Source: Paraspadella gotoi
Taxonomy: Eukaryota > Animalia > Chaetognatha
NCBI GenBank assembly: GCA_051294375.1
Contig: CM119263.1
Location: forward strand, 28,192,293 to 28,256,292
Length of the DNA stretch: 64,000 nt
Direction of reading: 5' to 3'
Below are positions 48,237 through 60,601 of the stretch, one piece after another. Positions within the stretch are counted from its first letter, which is position 1; each line of letters opens with the position of its first letter. The position numbers and the translations under genes were made by a program. The notes beneath the pieces were generated by a model. That model was not told where the DNA came from. It made no database searches and saw only the letters and a program-made list of their open reading frames with translations.

Positions 48237-50281
48237 AGAGAGAGAGAGAGAGAGAGAGAAAGAGAAGCATCGAAAAGCGATGAGAGAATTTATAATCGTT
48301 TGGAGTCTCACGCTTATCTCGCGCGTCCATGGAAAAAAAAAACCTTCGGCCGAGGTCGAATTCTGGCGCCGGTGGGAAACTGCTTGGTCGACTGCGAATA
48401 TCAGCTTGCCGAAGGTGTGCAGTGGAAAAAAACATGAGAGGAATGCTTGGTTACGAAATTATAATGGTAGTTTTGCCTGCATTAAACTGACTTGGTTTCA
48501 AACTAAGATTTTAATGTGAAAGGAAACGAAAGTTTCAAGAATAAATGATTCGATATAAAAATTTGAAATTTGAAATTTGAAATTTGAAATTTGAAATTTG
48601 AAATTTGAAATTTGAAATTTGAAATTTGAAATTTGAAATTTGAAATTTGAAATTTAAAATTTGAAATTTGCTTGGTTGATAATTTCGGTCAGCTTTTCTT
48701 TGTTAATTTGTTCGCATAGCTATTTTACAAATTCTTTGTTAGTGTGTACTTCTAAGAACTCAAATGGAACAGAAAATAAACAACAACCAAAAAAAGTTAC
48801 CAGGTGTAATTATTGCAAAGTCTGAATTGCAGCGCGNNNNNNNNNNNNNNNNNNNNNNNNNNNNNNNNNNNNNNNNNNNNNNNNNNNNNNNNNNNNNNNN
48901 NNNNNNNNNNNNNNNNNNNNNNNNNNNNNNNNNNNNNNNNNNNNNNNNNNNNNNNNNNNNNNNNNNNNNNNNNNNNNNNNNNNNNNNNNNNNNNNNNNNN
49001 NNNNNNNNNNNNNNNNNNNNNNNNNNNNNNNNNNNNNNNNNNNNNNNNNNNNNNNNNNNNNNNNNNNNNNNNNNNNNNNNNNNNNNNNNNNNNNNNNNNN
49101 NNNNNNNNNNNNNNNNNNNNNNNNNNNNNNNNNNNNNNNNNNNNNNNNNNNNNNNNNNNNNNNNNNNNNNNNNNNNNNNNNNNNNNNNNNNNNNNNNNNN
49201 NNNNNNNNNNNNNNNNNNNNNNNNNNNNNNNNNNNNNNNNNNNNNNNNNNNNNNNNNNNNNNNNNNNNNNNNNNNNNNNNNNNNNNNNNNNNNNNNNNNN
49301 NNNNNNNNNNNNNNNNNNNNNNNNNNNNNNNNNNNNNNNNNNNNNNNNNNNNNNNNNNNNNNNNNNNNNNNNNNNNNNNNNNNNNNNNNNNNNNNNNNNN
49401 NNNNNNNNNNNNNNNNNNNNNNNNNNNNNNNNNNNNNNNNNNNNNNNNNNNNNNNNNNNNNNNNNNNNNNNNNNNNNNNNNNNNNNNNNNNNNNNNNNNN
49501 NNNNNNNNNNNNNNNNNNNNNNNNNNNNNNNNNNNNNNNNNNNNNNNNNNNNNNNNNNNNNNNNNNNNNNNNNNNNNNNNNNNNNNNNNNNNNNNNNNNN
49601 NNNNNNNNNNNNNNNNNNNNNNNNNNNNNNNNNNNNNNNNNNNNNCAATAATCTCGTGAATACAATAAAATTATACATCATATTGCTTTTCAATATTTGA
49701 GCCGCTATGAAAACAGCTCAAGCATGTCATAAAATATTTATTTTGTAATTTGTAACCCGTCTGAAGAATAAAAACGAAAAAAACNNNNNNNNNNNNNNNN
49801 NNNNNNNNNNNNNNNNNNNNNNNNNNNNNNNNNNNNNNNNNNNNNNNNNNNNNNNNNNNNNNNNNNNNNNNNNNNNNNNNNNNNNNNNNNNNNNNNNNNN
49901 NNNNNNNNNNNNNNNNNNNNCTCTCTCTCTCTTCAAACAAACAAACATTACAAGCTTCTTTTTCTCTCTCTCTTCGTTTTGTGACAAAAAAGCTCGCATT
50001 CCTATTAACTGAGCGACTCTGATAATTTTTGTAAAGTGGTCGGATCGTCGTCGTTGCCATCCATCTTTGTCCTCATCGCAGTAAATGTGGAGGCGTCGTA
50101 TTTTTAGACTTTCGTCTTCTCCGATGTCGTCATAGTTTCTGGCATCAACGTCGTCGTCGTTATTGCTTCATTGCCGTTTCCTGTTGGGCGTCCGCTATGT
50201 CGTCGTTTTTGGTGTTGACCACATCCGGGAGAACCAAGACAGCGTCCGCGTTGGTTCAGAAGTTCCGGGTTTCGAATCCAC
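48237..50281 (-). repeat. Inverted copy of ~38728-40490
   Basis: Reverse-complement match on both sides of the N gaps. Confidence 0.9.
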
Positions 50282-51514
50282 TGTCCCCCAACGCCCCCCC
50301 ATAAAAAAAGAACAATCAAATCTCCTCTTTTCGTTGGTCCTAGTTACGTCAAACAGGTGGATTTTCCAAAGATTTTGGATAAAATTTTCTATATCCATGG
50401 TTGGTTTTACTTGAAACTTAATATTAACGATATTGCCTTCATTCTACATCATATACAGGGTTCGGTCTTAAAACTTACCCCCCATAGGAAAAATTATTTA
50501 ATCTTGCGGGCTTCTTCGATCGCTTGCAGTTCTTCCTTTGTGGGTTTGTGGTGGACTATTGTTGTGGAAGGTATGTTGACTTTTCTGACCTCTCTTAACA
50601 GAGGTTTATCTCCAGACAGATTGGCTTGGACCGGCTCAACTGCTGCATCTGTCTCCCGTCCCAAGTCGACTTTGGCGTCATTTGTGATTAGGGGGCATGC
50701 CTGTCTCCATGGTCCTTGGGTGGCATGATTTTCACATCTTTCTATCAGGCGATCACCATCTTCTATGTACATTTTGCTTCCAACTCTATGATCCATCTTG
50801 GTGCCAGCTAGAGTTTTCCAGTATGTTCTGTTAGCAATAACCCTGGCTCCTCCATCACTTCGCGTTCAACATGCAAGGGTAGGTTTAGTTTGTTCATCCA
50901 GGTTGCCGCGTTACGCGTGCCAAACACAATGAAAACAAACTTTGAACAAGGACACACAAAATTCGCCAACAAAAGATCTAAAATTTTAAAAATAAACAAT
51001 TCGCAGCAGAAAAATATGAATAGGAGGTTAAGTAGATCTAGGCAAAAACATCTGAGCATTCGGAGCAAAATCGGCAGCTAAAGCGTACCTTCAAAACTAT
51101 TTTCTGATATTGCAAAAAAAAAATTGGTAATCAAAAGTTGATAATCTACATTTTTCATTTGCTTTCTTACTTATTAGTAATTAATCTCCAGTTAGTTTAT
51201 AGACCAAAGATGATGAATTTCTCATTTATTCCTCCGGACTACTTAGACAATGTACTGAAAGATCAGGTAAGGTTAGAATTTTATAATTTTAATATTCTGA
51301 TCTATTAAAGAACTTGCCAAAAGTTTTAATATTAAATTAACAAATTTAATAAATTTAGTGAAAGTGCTAAATTTAATCTATAAACATTATTTTTGTTCAA
51401 TATTGCAGGTTAGGGCGTTTAAAGATAACAAAATACAGGAAATCAAATTAGTTACATAGCTTTTTTATTGTAATCAAGTCTGTATGTGTATAATTCAATG
51501 GTGATATATATTTT

Positions 51515-51950
51515 TCGAAGTCCACCCGACGGTCGCCTCCGGAAAATTTTTGCTTTGGGCGTCTTTACCGCATTAAGGAGAAAGCTTGCTGTTCGCTTTG
51601 GATTGGGCAAAGCCGGGCGAACGGGTTTTCTCCGATGTTCGACGTGACGTTGGGTTCCGGCTCGCGGTCAGTTTGCGGAAAACGTCTTCTTCGTCGATGG
51701 ATTGATCAGACTCCAAAATTATTTTCTTTATTTGAATCTTTATTTTAACTTTGGGTTGGTGTTGGCCGCCGGGGGAGGCGGAGGTTCTGCAGGAGATGCC
51801 ATGGTTTTTGGAGACGTCGAATCGTCCGAAATTTGGATCGGTAAAGCTGATGTCGTCGTTTCTCGATTCGCTAGAGAAAGTGGGGTCGACTGGATAGCTT
51901 CTGACTTGGCCAATTTTGTTTGCGGTGTTTCACTGTTCGCAAGAAAACTA
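51515..51950 (-). CDS. Possible exons of an S/T/P-rich unidentified protein
   Basis: GC-richer blocks; ETPQTKLAKSEAIQSTPLSLANRETTTSALPIQISDDSTSPKTMASPAEPPPPPAANTNPK. Confidence 0.3.
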
Positions 51951-52796
51951 ATTTGTAAATGAGTAAATGAGAGAAGTACCAAATAAATTTTTACACAACT
52001 AAAACGCCAGACAAATATTTAATTTTAAATAAAAAAAACTTAGATCGAGTCCATCTTTTTACAGTAAAGAATGTGAGCGGTTTCTTTTGTGTCGCTCGTT
52101 TTGAGACAATTCAATTTCTTAGATTTTGTTATTTTTAAACGCACTTTTGCAAGTATGTACGTTTTAGTTTAAAATATTTTCTATCAATTCGTAATCCTTT
52201 TTTAAGTTATAATTTTACCGAATACATAGTATGAAGACAAAATTTTCATGACAGGAAACCGATTAAGAAACTAAAAAAATTAAAAACATCCACTTATATA
52301 ATAAAAAATGTAACTTTTGAAAAGTTCTTCAAGTCTTAAAAATTGACATTAATTCTTTTTATTTTAGCTGAATAATGATGATATCTTCACTACTTCAAAT
52401 AATGAATTAATGCGTAAAAATTCGACAACTTTAATGGACATTATGATGTATCTTACATTAAATTCCAAACAGACAGCGGTTCACAAAATTAAAAAAATCC
52501 AAAAAGAAGGTGATAATAATTTACAAATTTACTAAATATTAGGGAGGAAAATGTTTTGTAGCCCGTGTCATTTTTCTTATCTTTATCCATGGTAATTATC
52601 CTTTCTTTTTTCGTTGTTTGAGAGATTAATCAATCTTGTCGGGCATATCTTTATCAAACTATTTCAATTTTATGATAACAAAGAAACAGCTTTAAAAGAG
52701 CTAGAGTTAAATGGTTGTTTATCAGAGATTCAGTTGGATAGGTCAGTTTTATGGCCTACATCATATATAGTGTGTCCCAATAGTACTTATTGCTCC

Positions 52797-53432
52797 TATG
52801 GTGGACTAAAATCCACCAACAGTTCATCAGCCGGAGGCAAGTCATTCGCCTCCCAACTCAAAGGTCTAGCAGTTAAGAAGAGACGGTTGACGCTTCAACC
52901 CTGCCTATATACATGCGTTAACACCTGTTCGCAAAAGCTCAGGGGAACTGCTTATTATTGAACGCGTTCTGTCACTAATACATAACAATCGATTACTGTT
53001 CCTTTTTCATTGGTGGAGTCCGACCTCCTCCGAACACAACAGCAACAACACTTTCAGGTGACATGCCTCAAACTGGCGATGCACTTTCCGCCAACTACTC
53101 ATCAGGCGACATGCCTCAACTTGGTGATGAACTTTTCACAAACAACAACAATTCACTGAAGAGACGCAACAGACTTCTCCCCACGGGAGGGGGGGATGTA
53201 TGGTGGACTAAAATCCACCAACCGTTCATCAGCGGTCATTGGTGCCAGAGGCAAGTCATTCGCTTCCCAACCCAAAGATCCGGGGTTCTAGCCCGGTGGC
53301 CGCCTTGCAGTTAAGAAGAACAGGGCGCTTAACCCGCCTGTAACATGGTGTTACAGCCTGATCCGAAGCTCAGGAACTGCTTATATTGAACGGTTCTGTC
53401 ACTAACACATAACAATAATTACTGTCTCTTCA
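52797..53432 (+). mobile_element. TRIM-like non-autonomous LTR retroelement with a tRNA-like cassette in the LTR
   Basis: LTR1 52797-53009, PBS-like TGGTGGAGTCCGACC 53011-53025, ~190-bp interior, PPT GGGAGGGGGGGA 53185-53196, LTR2 53199-53432; flanks CTCC/CTTC. Confidence 0.8.
53232..53303 (+). tRNA. tRNA(Gly)-like pseudogene embedded in the LTR (copies ~54613-54690, 55271-55342)
   Basis: 72 nt; acceptor stem GCGGTCA/TGGCCGC, A-box-like TGGTGCCAGAGG, loop (C/T)TCCCAA, T arm CCGGG-GTTCTAG-CCCGG; anticodon stem poorly paired. Confidence 0.6.
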
Positions 53433-55245
53433 CTTCTATACTAGATCGAAAAACATTAATTCATTATAATGAAGAAGCGCACAAGTATGGACCATTTTAT
53501 AGGATACCTAAGTTTTAAAAATTGAACAGAGCAAACTTCTGTAGTTATTATATATATATATATATAGGATAAATAGGATNNNNNNNNNNTCAGGTGACAT
53601 GCCTCTAACTGGCGATGCACTTTCCGCCAACAACTCATCAGGCGACATGCCTCAACTTGGTGATGAACTTTTCACAAACAACAATTCACTGAAGACACGC
53701 AACAGACTTCTCCCTACGGGAGGGGGAGATGTATGGNNNNNNNNNNNNNNNNNNNNNNNNNNNNNNNNNNNNNNNNNNNNNNNNNNNNNNNNNNNNNNNN
53801 NNNNNNNNNNNNNNNNNNNNNNNNNNNNNNNNNNNNNNNNNNNNNNNNNNNNNNNNNNNNNNNNNNNNNNNNNNNNNNNNNNNNNNNNNNNNNNNNNNNN
53901 NNNNNNNNNNNNNNNNNNNNNNNNNNNNNNNNNNNNNNNNNNNNNNNNNNNNNNNNNNNNNNNNNNNNNNNNNNNNNNNNNNNNNNNNNNNNNNNNNNNN
54001 NNNNNNNNNNNNNNNNNNNNNNCACTAACACATAACAATAATTACTGTCTCTTCACTTCTATTCCAGATCGAAAAACATTAATTCATTATAATGAAGAAG
54101 CGCACAAGTATGGACCATTTTATAGGATACCTAAGTTTTAAAAATTGAACAGAGCAAACTTCTGTAGTTAGTATATATATATATATAGGATAATAGGATA
54201 AATAGGATAAATTTCTATAATATATATATATATAGAATTTTTAAATTGGTTGTACTAATTTCATTTCATAAAGCAATTNNNNNNNNNNNNNNNNNNNNNN
54301 NNNCTCGTCCTCGCCTGTTCCCAAAGCTCAGGGACTGCTTATATTGAACGGTTCTGTCCAACTAATACATAACAATCATTACTGTCTTTTCATTTGGTGA
54401 GCCCGACTCCGAACAACAACAGCAACAACAACACTTTCAGGTGACATTGCCTCTAACTGGCGATCACTTTCCGCCAACAAACTCATCAGGCGACATGCCC
54501 TTCAATTGAGTATGAACTTTCCAAACAACATTCAACTGAAGACACGCCAACAGACTTCTCCCTACGGGAGGGGGAGATGTATGGTGACTAAAATCACCAA
54601 GACCGTTCATCCAGCCGGTCATTTGCGTGCGCGGAGCAAGTCCCATTCGCTTCCCAACCCAAAGAATCCGGGGTTCTAGCCCGGTGCCGCCTGGCATTAA
54701 GAAAACAGCGGCGCCTTAAACCCCGCTGTAACAGGTGTTTACAGGCCTGACCTGAAGCTCAGGAACTGATTATATTGAACGTTCCTGTCACTTAACACAT
54801 AACAATAATTACTGTCTTCTTCCACTTCTATTCCAGATCCGAAAAACATTAATTCATTATAATGAAGACAAGCGCACAAGTATGCGACCATTTTAATAGG
54901 AACCTAAGTTTTTAAAACATTGAACAGAGAAACTTCATGTAGTTAGTATATATATATATATAGGATAATAGATAAATAGGATAAATTTCTATAATAATAT
55001 ATTATATAGAATTATTTAAATTGGCTTGTACTAATTTCATTTCATAAAGCAATGGTAAAAAAAAATTTCCAGTGATTTAAATAAAAAATTATTAAATTAT
55101 AATTTACCTTTTAATATTTATCAAATATTTTTATAATATTGATTAAATAATTAGATAGAGATTACACATGGGAGTACAGGTACAGTATTTTTATTTATTT
55201 ATTTATTTATTCTCAAAGAATTGATTAAATAATATTTTAAAATGT

Positions 55246-55471
55246 TATGGTGGACTAAAATCCATCATCAGCGGCCATTGGTGCTGGAGGCCAGACATTC
55301 TCCTCCCAACCCAAAGGTCCGGGGTTCTAGCCCGGTGGTCGTCTGGCAGTTAAGAGGGACGGGGCGCTTAACCCGCCTGTAACACGGTGTTACAGCCTGA
55401 TCCGAAGCTCAGGGACTGCTTATATTGAATGGTTCTGTAATTAACACTTATCAATAATTACTGTCTCTTCA
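55246..55471 (+). mobile_element. Solo LTR of the same TRIM family
   Basis: TATGGTGGACTAAAATCCA...CTGTCTCTTCA with TSD ATGT (55242-55245, 55472-55475), inserted into the Tc1-type MITE body (compare empty site ~22565-22585). Confidence 0.8.
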
Positions 55472-55726
55472 ATGTTTTCTTTAGATGCAGGGCAGTAAGA
55501 AACTATCTCATATTTTTAGATACAGAGCCTTTATAATGCAGTATTTATTTTTTTTTGAATTATCTACTTAGCTTGTTAATATTACTTTTTTAATTGATTT
55601 AATAATAATTTATTAAATAAATAGCAACCATTTTGTTCTGGCTTAATGATTTGATCGCTCCTAACTTCAAATAATAAAATTGAAATATCAAATTAATTAG
55701 CATATTTTTATCAATTTTTTGTATTT

Positions 55727-57250
55727 TTAAGTCGGATCTGCTTATCAGCAGATTCCGACTCTATAATTCTCTTTGTCGGTCCGTCGGTCCGCCCCCTCAA
55801 TTTTGTCGGGAATTCACTTACAGAAGGCTTCATATTATAAAATGAGGTACCCCTTTTTTGGGACCAGAACTTGGTATGAACGATCCCTATATGAATACTA
55901 ATAGAACTATCGAGGCGAATTTCAATATTTGACTGCTGAGCCGAGATACGATATATATATCAGCAGTATAAGTCAGATTTGAAATAATTTTGGAAAATTG
56001 TAAGTAAAACGATGAACCATGCTTTTTCAAACCATGCTTAATTATTAAAAATATCAATTTTATTTCTAAAATGTTTTTTTCATATGTTTAAAACGTCAAT
56101 GCACCTGATGATACTAAAAAAATTTGAAAAATGAAAAAAAATTCTATATTTTTTTTTGGCCACCCAGGGGTCCACCCCCAGGGCCCTGTATCTCTTGTCA
56201 ATGGTTGAATATCAAAATTCGCCTCAATAGTTCCATTTATATAGTCATTAGCACTCTAAATGTCAAATTTCATTAAATTCGAACGGGTAGTTTGGTGGGA
56301 ACAGATTCTGGTCACAAAAAAGGGGTACCTTATTTTATAATATGAAGCCTTCTGTAATTAACGACAGAATATCGAATTATGATAAATTATACCCAAAAAA
56401 AATGATTTCCGTCCGTCCGTCTGTCTGTATGTAGGTCCGTCCGTCCGTCCCCCCTTTGCAAAAAAACTTCAATTACTTGTGATTGGAAGGTTGGATTGGA
56501 ATGAAATTTTGTGTGTGGGTACGAAACAGTGTGATTGAGCTGGATATAAAATTTCGGTGGAATCGTGCGAGTGGAAATGAGTTTAAATGTAAAAAACATA
56601 AGTCATATTTACTTGAATCTTTTTAATAATTTTAACCTATAATTACACTAACTAATAATAATTGGATAGATAGATTGAGATGAAATTTTGTGTGTGGGAA
56701 GGAAAGTGTGTGCCGAAGCTAGATATAAAGTTTTGATGGAATCATGCGAGTAGAAATGAGTTTAAATGGAAAATAACATAAGTCACATTTACTTGAATCT
56801 TTTTACTAATTTTAATCCATAATTACTGGAATTATTCATAATTGGATGAATATAATAGGATGAAATTTTGTGTGTGGGTAGGAAAGTTTGTTATTGAGCA
56901 TAATATAAAGTTTCGATTGATTAGATGAGTTTGCATAAAAAAACCAAAGTCAAGTTGACTTGAATTTTTATTATTTATGCTTACACATAATTTTTTTTAT
57001 TAATTAATTAAATAATTAAATAATTAAATTGAAAAAATGATGCAATTTACAAAAATGATGCAAGCAGAAAAAATAATAATAGTGAAAAATTTATTTGTTT
57101 GTACCAAAGTAACAGTTCAGTTTAGTATGGTATCATCTGTTATGATCAGTTAGGATCACAAATTGAAAGAATTATCGTCATTTATCATCTGATGAGCTGA
57201 TTACCGCTTAATTATCGTAGGCAGATCCGACATTGTTTGCTCAAACTTTT
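55727..57250 (+). mobile_element. Helentron/DINE-like non-autonomous element with nested MITE
   Basis: Subterminal GTCGGATCTGC (55731) in a 5' hairpin, inverse GCAGATCCGAC (57221); (CCGT)n/(CTGT)n tract at 56408-56450; three ~180-bp internal repeats; T-rich insertion site; 3' end recurs at ~62720-62790. Confidence 0.55.
55821..56354. mobile_element. Tc1/mariner-type MITE
   Basis: TA|CAGAAGGCTTCATATTATAAAATGAGGTACCCCTTTTTTG ... CAAAAAAGGGGTACCTTATTTTATAATATGAAGCCTTCTG|TA. Confidence 0.85.
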
Positions 57251-59179
57251 TCAAGTTCTAAAAATAATCTAGGATTTAAACAAGAAAGTATAAATTTTCA
57301 GTCTATCAAAGGGCGTGGGTTTGAATCCTACAAAATAATTTCCAAGGAACCTGTACATTTTTTAAAATAACTTACTTGGCAGTGAAACTGCAAACGAAAT
57401 CCTTTTTGAAACGATTGCTCATTATGTCCAAGTAACCATTGACAAACAAGCCAATGGGAGGCGAACATATTCAAATTACAAAAAGACTTCTCCATCGCTC
57501 CTTTTTGTCTTGTAAACATGGAAATAGCTGCAGAGAGATGGGCTAAAAGAGACTGGATCACAATAATCACAATCATTAATCCATCTTAATACCAATATAC
57601 TTTCTCTAGCTCAGCCAACTTCTCCATCTTAAAATTTGGCAGATTTTTTTAGCACGTACCTCTGGCAACACGTTTTCAAATGAATCGGCTGTATTGAAAG
57701 GATACTCCAGGGTGATTATAAAAAAAAAATTGAATTAATTGATTTTTTCAAACTTTTATTATATATATATTTCACTTATATTTTTATTTTTATATGTTTC
57801 ACTGTCAGATATTTATGTTAAATAAGTTCACTCATACGATTTTTATTTTTAGTGTATCAAATTTTCCTGGTTATTGGTCATAGCGNNNNNNNNNNNNNNN
57901 NNNNNNNNNNAATATAAACGCTCCTTGGGTAAAAATATGGGTAAAAATATCCGATGTAAAAACACTTGATTCCGATCTGTTGTATCTGAAGGGCTCACAT
58001 TCTTTTTTCTCTTGTCAAATCGATTCCCAAATCTGATATCAAACAAGCCAGAACAAATAGACTGCTTCCTGGACGGGAAAAATTTTCTATCTCTGATTTT
58101 ATATAGAAATGAAAGGGATTTTTTTTCCTTGAAAACGAATAAAACAGGTGAACGAGGTATGTTCCTGTTCAACAAATGACGGTCTAATTTTGGAATCCTT
58201 TGGAAAAGTGTCTGAAGGGCTTCTGCAAAATTTCTATTACATTTTATTTGGTTATTTTGATATGTAGATACGATGCCTGGGTAAAGTGGAATTAGTCCCA
58301 TTTTGGTGAAATTTTCTATTTAAGTAAAAGTAAAAGAGGAGCGTTAAAGATCGGAATTCTAAGAGTTTTCAAACCGGAGTCAGATTTCCGGAAAAAAAAT
58401 CTTTTCTCATGGCTGAAAATCTTCCAAAAGAAGGGGTGGAAGAAATTTGCCGAAGATTTTGGTTACATATTTTTCTATATTTTATGGTGGGATATTTGGA
58501 AACTTATTATTAACAATATTGCCATCATTCTCCCGTGGCCGGTTCATTAAGAATATATTGAACAAAACTCGTGTTCATGTGCTTTTTTCAATCAGAGTGT
58601 AGTCCTCAGATCCTGTCTCTATATTCTTAGAGAGATTTCTAACGGACTCTCTGGTTTATCTTTAGTTTATTTTAACTCCCCGTAAAGCCTGATTTAGATA
58701 ATTGTCGGGTGCTAAGTCGGTATGGATGAAGAGTAACTTATCTATCGTTCATTACTTCTTATGATGCCCACTCAGCTATGACAACGCCTTTGTGCTTTAG
58801 TCTTGTCCCTTCGTCTCTTCTTGGAAACCTCAGGGGCTGAGACGTTGCTTTTCCAGCCCGTGATGCGCTGTTAACGTCCGGTCCTCAAGACTTTCCCTCG
58901 CGTAGGTACCGGAGGATGGGGATATGACACCAAGGGATACCTATAGTGCTTAATGGTTACTACATGAAGCCAGGACGGTCACCGAAGGTGCAACTTTAGG
59001 ACGGGGTGAACTTGCAATGCGACTACACGGCTTTATTTGCAAAAGTAAACATAAAACCAATATGTTTCATTTTTCACTTGTTCAGGATATTGAAGTTCAT
59101 TGACTGAGTCAAAGCAAGAATATAATTAGAATAATTATTTTACTATTTCTACTGTTTCTAAATTTTAAGAACCCAAATA

Positions 59180-60195
59180 ATTTCGCAGAAACCTGTACAT
59201 TTTTTAAATAACTTACTTGGCAGTGAAACTGCAAAAACGAAATCCTTCTTGTAAACGATTGCTCATTATGTCCAAGTAACCATTGACAAACAAGCCAATG
59301 AGGGGCGAACATATTCAAATACAAAAAGAACTTCTCCATCGCTCCTTTTTGTTCTTGTTGTAAACATGGAAATAGCTGCAAGAGAGATGGCTAAAAGAGA
59401 CTGGATCACAATAATCACAATCATTATCCATCTTAATCCAATATACTTTCTAGCTCAGCCAACTTCTCCATCTTAAAATTTGGCAGATATTTTTTAGCAC
59501 GTACACTCTGGCAACACGTTTTCAAATGAATCGGCTGTATTGAAAGGATACTCCAGCAATTCGCAGTGATTATGAAAAAAAAATTGAATTAATTGATTTT
59601 ATTAAACTTTTATATATATAATATTTCACTATATTTTTATTTTTATTATGTTTCACTGTCAGATATTTATGTTAAATAAGTTCATCATCGCATTTTTATT
59701 TTTAGTGTATCCATCAATTTTCCTGTTTTTTGGTCATAGCGGTAGGATTCACAACCCACGCACCTTTGATAGAGCTGAAAATTTATACTTTCTTGTTTAA
59801 ATCCTTTAGACTCTATTTATAATACAACTATGATAAAACAGTTGAGCAACAATGTCGGATACTGACCTAGATAATTAAGCCTCGTAATCAGCCAATGCCA
59901 TGAATAAAGACGATTAATCTTTCAATTTGTGATCCTAACTGATCATAAACAGATGATACCATACCTAACTGAACTGTTCACTTTGGTACAAACAAATAAA
60001 TTTTTCACTATTATTATTTTTTCTGCTTGCATCATTTTTGTAAATTGCATCATTTTTCAATTAATTATTTAATTATTTAATTAATTATATAAAAAAATTA
60101 TGTGTAAGCATAAATAAATAAAAATTCAAGTCAACTTGACTTTGGTTTTTTTTATGCAAAACTCATCTAATCAATCGAAACTTTATATTATGGTT
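59180..60195. repeat. Rearranged copy of 56900-57885 (59180-59741 direct, 59742-60195 inverted)
   Basis: Direct sequence comparison; 25-N gap at 57886-57910. Confidence 0.8.
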
Positions 60196-60601
60196 TGGTA
60201 GTCAGATTTGAACGAAAATCTCCATTGAAATAGTCTTCCTCGATCTCTAAGAACGACGTAGACTCCTAACAGATCGGTTGCCGGTTTGGCTCCCAGTTTC
60301 TACAAAATTTTTCAAAGATTTAAAAAAAATGAAAAGGAGATCAACAGCAGCCCTAAAGCAATTCAGTCTGTAACTGAAAAAATTGTCGCGGTTTTAAAAG
60401 ATCAAATCGATAAACTAAATAAAAATATTCAAACGAGGAGCGTCGATGAATCAAGCAATCGAAAGATCTCAAAAACTGTACTGCTCCAAGAAGAAGAGCT
60501 TCGTGCACTTAGGGCGGACCTCTCCAAAATATTTAAATGCTTGAGTGTGTTAATTTGACAAAGTAATATAAAAAAGAAAAGTCGACATCGATCTATTGAT
60601 G

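Noticed and set aside
48760-49700. ~300-aa ORFs
   Set aside because: Read-through of N gaps
53232-53303. Functional tRNA-Gly gene
   Set aside because: The anticodon stem does not pair, copies diverge and it lies within an LTR
53590-55050. Tandem array of TRIM elements
   Set aside because: Each extra copy also duplicates the same 3' host flank and is bounded by N gaps, so these are redundant assembly copies
56105-57215. CTGATGA motifs at ~56105 and ~57189 as hammerheads
   Set aside because: No stem II followed by GAAA and an NUH triplet in the required arrangement
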